Source: the human T2T-CHM13v2.0 reference genome, Homo sapiens. Taken from it: a stretch of DNA of 64,000 nt. The stretch lies in assembly GCF_009914755.1 (NCBI RefSeq), contig NC_060925.1. One strand, 5' to 3'. Of this stretch, positions 42,584-58,699 are shown piece by piece; within the stretch, counting starts at the first letter, position 1; each line of letters begins with the position of its first letter. Below the pieces are notes generated by a model. It was not told the DNA's origin. It searched no databases and saw only the letters and a list, made by a program, of their open reading frames with translations. The translations under genes were made by a program, and so were the position numbers.

Positions 42584-43523
42584 TACTTAAGGTTCTGCAC
42601 TTAGCTCTCCAGGCACTGCCTTTGGAGACCTCATCCTTTTCCTTAACTTCAATCACCACCATTTTGCCACCGTCTCCGAAAGCTGACTACTTTAGAAGTC
42701 AATGGTGCATGATGTGACTACTGGGTAGTAGCTTACTGGTGGGAGCTTAAGATCTAGTTTGGGAACCTCAATAAATTAAACGCAAATACAAAACAGAATA
42801 CAATTACGGGCAAAACTGTGTCTTGTCGAACACAGGCCCTCTTGGTGTCTGGGTTAGAATTCATCTTATCATAGATTAAATGAAGGCTATGAGGCAAATA
42901 CTTTAACTTCTCTGACCCTCAGATTTCTTCTTCACAAAACAGGGAAGCTAATATGTATCTCATATGATCAAAAGATATAATATATGTGAAAATGCTTTAT
43001 GGATTGTAAATTAAAATATGATGTCAACAAATGATGATGATGATCATGATCATGATGCTTTGTTGGTAGACAGGCAATGGGTCACTCATACTCATTATAT
43101 GAATCCCCTCTCAATCCCCTACAATCCAAGAGAAAACTCTCTAATGCAAGAACACGCACCAGCTTCAGAGAGTCTAGCAAAGGAAACAGAATTTTTTATT
43201 TCTCATATGGCCTAACGTGAGTAAGTGGGCCTTTTTGGAAGGGTAAGAGGTATTTTGTACTTCTCTCTTACTTTCCTGGCAGATGGCCAAATGGAGAATT
43301 GATCATTTATGTTTCTGTGTTTCCTAAAGAAAAACCACTGGGAGCTGAAATGTCAACATTCTTCTCAGAAACCTGCAAATAATGAAACACAATTGTCTGG
43401 AAATCAAGGACCCCTCAACAAGTTCAGTGCATCTGACAGGAGTATGTTATAGTAGGACAAACTCTCAGGGCTTTGGGGACCTCATGGTTATAAGAGGTGA
43501 CAGATGGAGCACTTCACTGCAGG

Positions 43524-43524
<1 letters not shown>

Positions 43525-43563
<39 letters not shown>

Positions 43564-43577
43564 ACACACACACACAC
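43525..43577 (+). repeat. (CA)n microsatellite, about 26 units with one TA interruption
   Basis: Read directly from the sequence. Confidence 0.98.
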
Positions 43578-44829
43578 GGTTGGCAGCCATTGCTAGGCCT
43601 AGTCCAGCTAGCTTGGGCCAATGTTAATCCTGAGCGAGAATGTTCAGGGAGCAGAGGCCAAATCCTTTTAGTCCTCAGTGTTTCCAAGAAGGCAGCTGGC
43701 CATTGAGGTGCTGTGTGACCGATCCTGGTGAATGGTCATCTCCCAGATGCTGGGAGCATGAGCTCTTTTCTCCTCCTCAGCAGATTTGTGGCTCTGGATG
43801 AGAACCAGATCTTTGCATTTTCTTCATGCCTTTTAATTAAGATTTGTTAGAGCAAATCTCCACTTGCCAGACTTCATATTCATTGAGGAGGGACTTCAGC
43901 AATAATCAAGATCTTGGCCCTTATCCCCATCTTTGACTAGGGTCCGCTTGGGATGGAAGGTATGGCTCTATCTAATTGGAGAGTTTGAAGCAGCAGCTGA
44001 ACATACAAAGATCAGTCTCTTCTGGGGCTTTCTGTGCAATTTGCCTGCTGAAAGACAGACTGCATTCTCATCTGATCTCATGCACGAGTCATGGGTCCTA
44101 CTCTGGGCAAGGGCAGGGGTTGGGAGAACAGGGGGATCTGCAGTTGTCCAACACCCCTGCAAGCCAAGTGGAATAGCTCATCTCATTCAAGAAAGCTCAC
44201 TGTGGCTGTGTATCCAAGTCACATCCTCCAGGCCAGCATTTATCAGTCAGAAAGCTAGAGTTTGGAATTCTTCCTGTCCAACTCTTGTCTATTAATCACT
44301 CAGATTTGAACTTGGGAGAAGAAAGCTCATCATTGGACTACCCTAAAATTGTATAACATTGCTTAATTATTGAAAAAAAAAGATGCACTAACTTCTTCCA
44401 AGGTGATTGTGAAATCATGGTATTGATGTCTTTTATGCCTTTTTCTAGTATACTTTATAGTAAATACGTAACTATTAAAGTTTGTTTATATAACAGGTTA
44501 ACAAATAAAAAGAAGACATATAAATGAATATCCAGTGTAGAAAATTAAGTTTTAAAAATCATGATTCTTAGAGCCATACTATAAGGAAATATAGCATCTG
44601 ATATATATGCTAACCTACTAGAAATTTTGTATAGCATAAACAAAAATAATAACTGATTTACTCAGCATCTATGAAAGTAAAGGTGATGCCGATTTTATCA
44701 CATTTTACATTTATGCATTTTACAGGCTTTAATACTTTTACACACCTAACAAGCTTTTTTTTTTCCTTTTCTTTCTTTTACATTTGAAAATATTTCATTG
44801 ACAAAGTCATGTCTTCATGGGCTATTTGA

Positions 44830-45150
44830 AGATGTTTATGTATATGTATATGTATATATATATGTTTATGTATATGTATATATGCTCATATATATTGTTA
44901 GATGAAGGGGAAAAAGTCCCAAGACAGGAAACTGTATAAATTTTAATTCCAATTTTATTACATATATGTGTATAATTCATATATTATATATGTAAAACCA
45001 CAAAAAGAACTTGTAAATTATACACAAAAATATTGACACTGATTGTCTTTGTGGGATTGTGGATTATTTCAGTTTTCTTCCTTACATTTTTCTGTATTTT
45101 CAAAATATTCCATAATGCACATAAGTGAACTCTGTAATCAGAAAAATAAA
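44830..45150 (+). mobile_element. Old L1ME-like 3' fragment with AT-rich low-complexity sequence
   Basis: tttttctgtattttcaaaatattccataatgcacat..tgtaatcagaaaaataaa. Confidence 0.55.
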
Positions 45151-45341
45151 TAATATATGTTTGAAATACATATGATATTTGTATACTTCTTGCTAAACCA
45201 TTTATTTTTTCAATATTTTATAACTTTTTAAAAGAAACAATATATGGACATCAGAATCTGAGAAAAGTGTTATTTTTGTATGCTTTTAAGGATGTTTAAT
45301 AAAATAATTTATTTTGTATATTTAAAAAATTTCTAATTTCT

Positions 45342-45645
45342 GGCCGGGCACAGTGGCTCACGCCTGTAATCCCAGCACTTTGGGAGGCCGAGGCGGACGG
45401 ATCATGAGGTCAGGAGTTCGAGACCAGCCTGACCAACATGGTGAAACCCCGTCTCTACTAAAAATACAAAAATTAGCCAGGCCTGGTAGTGTGCACCTGT
45501 AATCCCAGCTACTCAGGAGGCTGAGGCAGGAGAATTGCTTGAACCCAGGAGGCGGAAGTTGCAGTGAGCCGAGATTGCGCCACTGCACTCCAGCCTAGGC
45601 GATAGAGTGAGACTCCTTCTCAAAAAAAAAAAAAGAAAAAAAAAA
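45342..45645 (+). mobile_element. AluS (AluSg-like), full length
   Basis: Alu consensus with A tail; TSD core TCTAATTTCT at 45332-45341 and 45646-45655. Confidence 0.97.
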
Positions 45646-46175
45646 TCTAATTTCTTTCTTAGATTCCTCAGAGAAAAGGCTTCTTTATAGCATTTAAAAT
45701 CAGAAATCTCTTCATGATATCCCCAAATCCCAAAATATAATTACATTTTACTTTAAGGATATTATCTTAAAGTGCTTGGGGTACATTTGTAGAAACTGTA
45801 AGAATGAATAAAATCAACTTTTATCTTAACATCTCTTACCATATGGCAAAAATATATATTATTTATTCAAAAATAACAAGATGGCAAAATTCATAAAATG
45901 TGGGTGACAAAACAATTTGATAATTTTTTGCTTTTATTTTTGCAGGAGTTGCAAAATGAAAATAAAATGGAATAAAATGTGATACACTCAAAAATTGTAA
46001 ACCTGGGCCTACCAAAATATTTCCACATAGTAGGTGCTCAACAAACATTTGCTGAATGATTGAAATATCTTCCGAATGAAAAAATATGGTGATTCAACAG
46101 TAAGCCAAGTAATTTACCAATAAATGAATAAAGTTATTTACAATTATGATGGTAATCACTTCTTTTCCTCATTCA

Positions 46176-46466
<291 letters not shown>

Positions 46467-47893
46467 TCAAATCACTGGACTCAGGAGAAAAGAATAGCAG
46501 TATTCCTAAATGTAAATTCTGACTCCATCCATTTAAGTCCTGAGACAAATTACTTCTCCTTTCTGAGACTCAGTTTTCTCAGGTAGGGAAAAATAAGTTA
46601 AAAATAACCACCCCAACAGGGTATTATGATAAATAAATCAGATAATATGTGTGAAGCATCTAATTCAGGGTTTGATAAGCAAGAGATATTCAACAAATGA
46701 TCATAATCACCCACTAAGAGTTCATGTCCGAAATTGTTGTTAGAATAATATGAGCACCGAGTCTCTGGCATTGCCAACATTCAATAATAGCTTGGCCAGG
46801 GTCCAAGACCCTCTTCCCACCCAATTCCATGAGCTCTTTCACAGTGAAACTCCAGAGTAATTACCTGAGGACAGTTATCAAAAAATGGTTTTATGACATC
46901 TCTTCTGGTAAGTCATGTGTGCAGGAAAATAGGCTTCCACACTATGTGCTGTTGTGTGTCTGCACCTTCCAACAGGCTCTCTCAATAATTATTAAGATAA
47001 TATTTTGCTAAGACACATCAACCAGGAGCTCAAGCATATCTACATGAAGTGAGGACAATAAAGTTAACTCTGAACTGAGCAAGCGCTTCATGCCAGATGT
47101 TCTGTAAACTTTATCCCCACTCTTCACAACAAGCAAACCATTTCCATTTTCCAGATGATGAAGTCGAAGGTCACAGAGTTTAGGTAGCTTGCCCAAGTAA
47201 ACATAGTCTGAAATAAGATGAATACATAGGAATTCAAACCCATCATTAACCTCATCATACTTTGATTAGTCAGAGGTCTGGACATTGTACAGTTGGTTCT
47301 TAAAACCTGGAGTGTCCTTCTGTCTGTTATTCATCTCCTATAATATCCTTAACTTCAACTCTTGATTTCTCCTTCATCATGCTTACTTCATCTGTCAGAA
47401 ACACAGAGCTGAGGACATTAGAGATAATTCAGCCTGTTTCCCTCTATCTACAGATGTGCAAACTAAGGCCTTTCTATATTGTGGGGTTGAGAATTATCGG
47501 AAGACATGCTTAAAATAGAAAAAAACAACAGCAATCACTAACCATCATATAGTACTTTTCTATTGACAAAACACAACTTTCATTTCATTCATTTATTCAT
47601 TCATCCCTTACTGAGCATCTCCTCTGTACCGGTGCTATTATTCACTGGCAACAGATGAATGAGACAATATCTGTGCCCTTAGAAGCTTAAGTTTTTGGTG
47701 ACTGCAAATACAAATGTATTTGCATTACGCTAAGTGTGTAAGAAGGTTCAAGCTTTAGAATCAGACATCCTTGTTTGGAATCATAGGTCCCTCTCGTAAG
47801 TCAACTGAACTGTCTGAGCCTCAGTTTTTTAATGTGTTGGATGACAATAAAGTATCTACCTTACAGCATTAGCATGAGCAGTAACTTCAGTGA

Positions 47894-48265
<372 letters not shown>

Positions 48266-49755
48266 TAGAAGACACAATCCTGGGAGGGTGGGAGGCAGAG
48301 AGAAGGAATGTCTATGTCTATCCAGCCACAGGTCTGGACCTGTGGTCCTGACCCCCAGTTTTCTTTTTGTTTTTTCCATGACACCCCTGCTGACTCCTCA
48401 TATATTAAAGCCTTTGAGTAATATTCCACAAAGCAAATATAACACAGGGATGATTAGTCAGAAACTATAATCCGTATAATACTTAAGCCTCAGCATTCTG
48501 TAAGAGCGAATGTCAGAGACTAGAGCTAAGAACAAAGGGACATTTGCCATAATACACCTTATATCATAGCTAAACATCCTCCTCTTCAACATATGACACT
48601 ATTTCAGTCCATAATAACATCTCTTTCACCACTGAGACTTCCCCAAACTTTAATTATAATCACAATACCAGGTAGCATTCATCACAAAGCATATTATATG
48701 CATCAACTTGTTAAGTCCAGAAAATAATTGTAGAGGTAGGTACGAGTATTCAGGTTTCATAGATGAGGCTCCAAACTGAAAGTGTTAGAGGCCATGTAAC
48801 TTGTCCAAACTTACTGAGTAGAACCTGAACTTAGATTTGTCTCATGTCAAAACCCACGTTTGTGGTTTGCTTGTGTTCTGTGTTTTCAAGCCTGTTCGCC
48901 TAACCACCATGATCAGTTGCTTCTTTTCTACGCAACTTTCTTATAAAGCCCCATCTTTATCTTGACCAAAACTCACCTGGCCCAAATGTGATGGTACTCA
49001 ATACATTGGCAGCATTAAAACTCCATGGAAGGATGGAGAGACAGCTTGAAAATGGAACAGATTCCAGTCATCAGTCATCTCTAAAAAACTGTCTATGAGT
49101 CAGATACAAAGAAGCCTTAAGAAACATTTGTCAGGACACAGAACTCTGCCGAGAAAGAAGATTCATAAGAGAAGGCAGAGCCATAGCAGGTGAACAAGGG
49201 CAGAGATTAATAAGAAAATATTAGGCCATTTAGAGGAAAGTAGGGAGCCCAATTTAGATTAGGACCTAGGGCCAAGCTAATTTGTATGAAGGGCACTTAT
49301 GCAGTAGATAATCCAGTTTCTCATTAAATGCTTCACCATTAAAAGGGTAATTTTTCATGAGTACATCTTGAGCAAGGTCTCAGTTATATTAGTTAAGAAA
49401 TAAATAACAGATATCGGAGCCATAAGGCTTTAATTCTATCTGAGGCACATACAATATAAAGGTGTTGGGAATAGGATCAGTCTTCATGCATTTTAGGTCA
49501 CCATGAATCCCAGACTATGTTACTGAAAACACCACTGACCCTCTGCTTCAAGATGGGCAAGAGAAAGACCACACGTTTAAGGAACATCACCCATATGGTC
49601 ACTGTTATTGAGTTTTTAGTACAGTTACTGTGCCAAGGGTTTCACACGCAATTTCTCATTTAATCTTCACATTTGCTCTTGAGTTAGGCTCCATAATGAG
49701 TCCTCTTTTCAGAAGACAACACAAACACCCAAAGTCCACAGCATAACCTGAATGT

Positions 49756-50585
49756 TTAAATAACAGCTATATTGAGATACAACTCACATACTGTACAATT
49801 CACCATTTTAAAGTATAGAATCCAGTGGGTTTAGTATAGTCACAGAATTGTATAACCATCACCACTATCTAATTTTGGAACATTTTTGTCATCCCACAAA
49901 GAAGCCCTGTACCCATTAGCTGTCACTCCCTATCTTCCCATTCCCTCTGGTGCTAAGCAACCACTAATCTCCTCCCGTCTTTATACATTTGCCTATTCTA
50001 GACATTTATATAATTGTTATTTTATAATATACAATTTTTTGGGTTTGGTTTCTTTTACTTAGCAGCATGTTCTCAAGGTTCATCCATGTTATAGCATGTA
50101 TCAGTAATGCTTTTTTTGCTGAATATTATTCTATTGTGTGGTTATACCACATTAGCTCATAGATCTTTGGGTTGTTTCCATTCTTCAGCTATTATGAATA
50201 ATGCTGCTATGAACATTTGTGTACAAGTTTTTGTGTGGCTGTATATATTCAATTCTCTTAAAATTATTCCGAAGAAAGGAATTGTCGCATCATATGGTAA
50301 CTCTATATTTAACTTTTTGGAGAACTGTCAATTTGTTTTTCCAAAGTGTCTGCACCATTTTACAACCCTCCTAGCAAAATATAAGGTTCCAATTTCTTTA
50401 CCAGATGTTCTTCCCAACATCTGTTATTGTCTGTCTCTTTTACTTTAGCCATCCTAGTAGGTGTTAAGTGATATTTCATTGCAGCTTTGACTTGCATTTC
50501 CCTAAGGAGTAATGATGTTGAGCATCTTTTCATGTGCCTATTGTTCATTTGCATATCTTCTTTGGAGAAATATCTATTCAAATCC
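49756..50585 (-). mobile_element. L1MB-type 3' fragment
   Basis: cagctatattgagatacaactcacata..gatgttgagcatcttttcatgtgcctatt..ggagaaatatctattcaaatcc. Confidence 0.88.
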
Positions 50586-51801
50586 CAGAGCCTCAGTTTG
50601 AACCCAGGTCTTGTGTAAAATTTCATGGTCTTAACCATGAACCATAGGAACCATAGGAATCACTATGGGGCTTCCTATGACCTACCTCTGTGTTCTGCTA
50701 CAGAATTTAGCCTCATTTTTTCGTGTCACAGCTACTTGAGTAGATGTCTTATGGATAAACTGGCAGACGTCTTACTCTTAAAGACAAGTAGTTCACAAGC
50801 ACACATGCCCTTCTTATGCCTTATGTCATTTAATCTTCCAAGGTTACTGAAAACCACCACTGTTATTATTTTATGGATGAAGAAACTGGAGCCCAAGAGG
50901 TAACTAAAGTTACTTCTCATCCTGTCCTACTCCAAGGCTTGAGTTCTCCCACTGAGAGACAATAGGCCTTGATGGTCTAGAACATGAGTTCTGGATTCAG
51001 AGGACCTGAGTTCAAGCCCCAGCTCTCTGACCTACCTCCTTAGTTGTATAATCGTTGGTAAGTTCCTTTACATGTCTGCCACAGTGTCCTAAGCAGTTAA
51101 GTATAGATACTAATGGGTGCTCCCAGTATTAAAGAAATGACAAATAGCATACAAGACAGTGAGTGATTGGCAAACAGTAAGAGCTTAATCAACATTGGTC
51201 ATTGTTATTTGGGTGATCATACTTTCAGTTTGTCTGCGACAGCCCCAGAAACTTTTGTACTGACACTGTTGTTACTAGCATCCCTCATTATTCTCAAAAG
51301 TATTCCAGTTTGGTTAAGAGACTGTGTGGTTACCCTAATTAATTATATGATCATCATTTGTATACTGTCCTGCCTCAGTGTTCTTCATGCTAGGCACTGT
51401 GCTAGCTTCCAGTGGTACATGGGTGAGCAAAAAGTGTCCTTTCTCCTGCCCAGAGGAAGCCACATTTCAAAAGGCGTCATATACAATTTCTCCACCCCTT
51501 GGCACTATATGACACTCACAGCTCTGGTCATATTTTGTTAAGCAATGTGTTTTCCTAAGGGGTGGAGAAACTGTATTTGGTAGGGAGATGATTAGGAAGA
51601 GCTACAGAGGAGAGATGGCATTTGAGTAAAGCCTTGTAAAAAAGGAGGGTTTCAAGAGGTAGGGAAGAAGGTGAGAAGCTTTCCAGATAAACAAAATGTA
51701 CAAGGATATTTGGAGAACAGTGAGTAGTTGGCTTAGACTGTTTAGCAATCCTAATTATCTTCTGGAATCACCTTGGGAATTTTTTAAAAACACCACCCCA
51801 G

Positions 51802-51934
51802 AGCCTATACTGGTGGAGTGCACCTGCAATCCCAGCACTTTGAGAGGCCAAGGAGGGAGGATTGCTTGAGCCCAGCAGTTTGAAACCAGCCTGGGCAGCA
51901 TAAGAAAACCCTGTCTCAAAAGAAATTTAAAAAA
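51802..51934 (+). mobile_element. Free left Alu monomer (FLAM-like) inside a MER5-like relic
   Basis: cctgcaatcccagcactttgagaggccaaggagggaggattgcttgagcccagcagtttgaaaccagcctgggca followed by an A-rich end. Confidence 0.85.
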
Positions 51935-52530
51935 CCCTGGCACCTTACAGATTTTGATTAGATGGGTCTGCGGTGAGCCAGGGCCAATTAATGTACTTGC
52001 AAAACACAGTACTAGAGGGCATGGCTAGAGCGATGCACTCAAAGGGCAGACAAATCATGAAGCATCTTGGAAGCCAAGTTAAAGCCTTTGAACATTGTTC
52101 TTAGACCACAAGGTCTATTAATGACCCAGGTTTGTTGTGAGGATTAGATTAAAAAGAACATTATAGCAACATGTGGGGAAGTATAAGGCTGTAATTAATT
52201 GATTCATTCATTCCTTTATTTGATATTTATTGAGTGTCTACTATATACGTGTTCTAAGGTCCTCCAGATGCTGCAGGAAACAAAACATATAAATATCCCT
52301 GTACTCAGGGAACTTATATCCTAGTGGGAAGTCAATGGAGTTTTGCTGTAATTTTCTAAGTTTAGTGTAATGAAGAATCCCCTGTAAAAACCACAACAGC
52401 AACAACAGGTTCCTAAATCCCTTCCAGTGAGATTCTGCACCAGCCAGAGGGACCAAGCAGATGGAATTGATTCAGAGTAATTCTCAAAGATCACTAGAGA
52501 ACAGCAATGTAGAGAATCCCTTGTAAGATG

Positions 52531-53086
<556 letters not shown>

Positions 53087-53882
53087 TACTTGGTATCATT
53101 TGTGGCTGTCTGGGTGAGCATACCTCTGGCAGGTCAGGAGTGCCAGTGCGGTAGGGGAGGGTGCACCACATCCTTAACACTTTCCTACTTGGCTCAGAGG
53201 AAAGCAATCCTGTATCGAATGGTTTGAAGATTTCTGCTCTGATACACCTGCTTCACTTGGTTCCATAAACAAACTAATTGCCAACAACTAATAGGGAATG
53301 CTTTATCTGGGATCTCAATCCAAGGCTCTTCAAGTAATCCGAGAATTGAATTTTCAATGTAGCACTGATTTGAATTCCAAAGGAGGAAGATATAGGGGTT
53401 ATGCAGCATCATAGAGTTGCCTGGAAACCAAGCCCCCTGAAAGAAAAGCAGTAACTGCCTGGAAAGAAAGAAGGAAAGAGGCCTGGATTCAGATGTTATC
53501 TCTGCTACTGTACCTTCACCTATGTGATGTCACTTGCCCTTGAGGTTCAATCTCCCCAGCTGCTCAATGAATGTTCATAGGGAAAAGATGGTTTCAAAAG
53601 TGTCTCCAAGTGATAATTGTATACGATGATATTTATGAATAGTTAATATATTTATAACTAATTTATTTATAACTAATATTTATAACTGTATGATGTACAT
53701 TGGATATATCAGTTTATTGTTATAGCAACATTATGTGGTGGTTGTCCACATATGTTAAATCTAGGAACAGAACTGAGTTGGTAAGTGCTAAAGCTAGGAT
53801 TTGAACCCAGGTCTTCATAAATCCACAGAACTTAGGTCTCCAGTTTTACAATCACATACCACTATTAGTAAAACATTTTTGA

Positions 53883-54284
<402 letters not shown>

Positions 54285-54502
54285 TAGAACTTTTTGGATT
54301 AAAATCAAACATAAATAGACATCTTATATTTTTCTCAGGTACCAGCAGATTATCTTGCATAACCCGGGGAGTACCTGTATCTCACAATGATTTTTTGCAG
54401 ATCTCTCTGAATGAGACATAACAACTTGAAAAATCCTCAGGGAGTCACAGCAAACTAACAATCATAATGAGACATTTGGGTTTCTAAGAATCATCCATTT
54501 TG

Positions 54503-56926
<2,424 letters not shown>

Positions 56927-58286
56927 CTAAGAATCAACCATTTTGAATTTCATAATGGATCATGGGGAACCCTGTAGGCTGCTGTCTTTAATGTGTAGCA
57001 GGGCTGGGGTACACATATATATCACTTAAAAGAGTCTGGAGGCTTCCAGGAGTCACAGTAGATGTGCCTCCGCTTTCACCCTCTAATCCATGCCCCACAC
57101 TGCTTCCAAAAAGATCCACACCAAGTGTCATCTCATCATGCACTATCTGACCAAAAATGAAAAATGTTATCCTCTTCCACCCAGCTGCCACAGGCTCTCC
57201 TCCCTCTTATTCTCTCACCTCATTTGTGCCCTCTTGCCCCCACCCTTAACTCCAGCCTTATGGGCTAGGCACCTCCATGCCCTTTGCCCTTGCTAGTTCC
57301 TCTTCTCCAACTGTCTCCTCTACACTTGAACTCTATAAGGGTAGGAACTGAAATTCATTTGACTGTGTCCTCTGAACCTAGCGTGATGCCAGAACAGAGC
57401 AGACCTGCGGTGTCCAGATCTGCTGAATAACTGAAAAAATGATTTAATTAATTTATTTATGCTAAAGTGGGTAATGGACTCCAGGAGTCAGGACCACTTG
57501 GGGGAGGCATCTAAGGGGTTATTAAAAACCCCTCCCATACAGATCTTATTTTATACAGTCCATAAGTATGATTCATTTAGTCCTCAAGGAATAAAATTCC
57601 TAATGGGATAAAATAAACATCACACTCATAGTCATTTTAATATTGGCTTTGCTTTATGCCATTAGAGAAGAGCATTTCTCAACCTCATCACAACCTGATC
57701 ATCTCGTAACCGGGGGAATGGCTCTCCTCTGAATTTAAATCCAGCCGATTCTTCTGGGCACAGAGTAAATTCCCCATTTTCCACAGACCTCGAAGATTCT
57801 GTCAGGAAGTACACTAAGTAACTGTCTCAAAGCAGAAGCAGCAGAAGTCTCTGCCAATGTTGAGGTCCCAGAATGGGAGTCACCTTGCAGAAGCTTCAAC
57901 AAAATCAAATGCCTCTGTCAGGAGTCAGGATCCGAAGGAGGAAGGCAATTCGCATTTTTTATGACACTGAAGCAGAGCCCACAGAGTCCACTGGAGTCGT
58001 AAATGGCCTCCCACTCCAGGCTGCGCTCTAAAGACCATTAATGGCCAAATAAAAGTTATTTCACATCCAAGACTATTCTCTTATCTCTCCCACTCATCAT
58101 AGATTATAATAAGCACAGCCAAGATAAGTATTTTTTTTTCCTAATGTGGTCATTCTGGCTGTGAATTCTTTTAACTTTTGACAGTTACAATATTTCCCTG
58201 TCTTGGAGGGGTCAACTCCAACATATTTCTTATATCAAGCTGAGTATTCACTTCTGTGCATTAGATACTTAAACATCTAAGGAGAT

Positions 58287-58489
58287 GTCTTATCAGCACA
58301 GACCACTATAATAAAATACCATAGACTGCATGGCTTAAACAACAGACATTTATTTCTCATGGTTCTGGAGGCTGAGCAGTCCAAGATCAAGTGCTGGAAG
58401 ATTTGGTTGTTGGTGAGGGCCCCCTTCCTGGCTTGCAGATTGCCACTGTCTCACTGTGTGCTCAGAAGATCTCTTTTTGTGCATGCACT

Positions 58490-58526
<37 letters not shown>

Positions 58527-58699
58527 CTGGCCTCCTTTCCTCTTCTTACAAAGCCACTAATCCCATCATGAATACTCTACTTTCATGATGTCATCTAAAG
58601 CTAATTATCTCCCAAAGACCCCACCTGCAAATATTATTACATTGGGAGTTAGGGCTTCAACATATTAATATTGGGGAGACACAAACATACGATCCATAA
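58287..58699 (-). mobile_element. MaLR solo LTR (MLT1A-like) containing a (GA)n microsatellite at ~58495-58520
   Basis: aaaataccatagactgcatggcttaaacaacagacatttatttctcatggttctggaggctg..gttagggcttcaacat. Confidence 0.9.
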
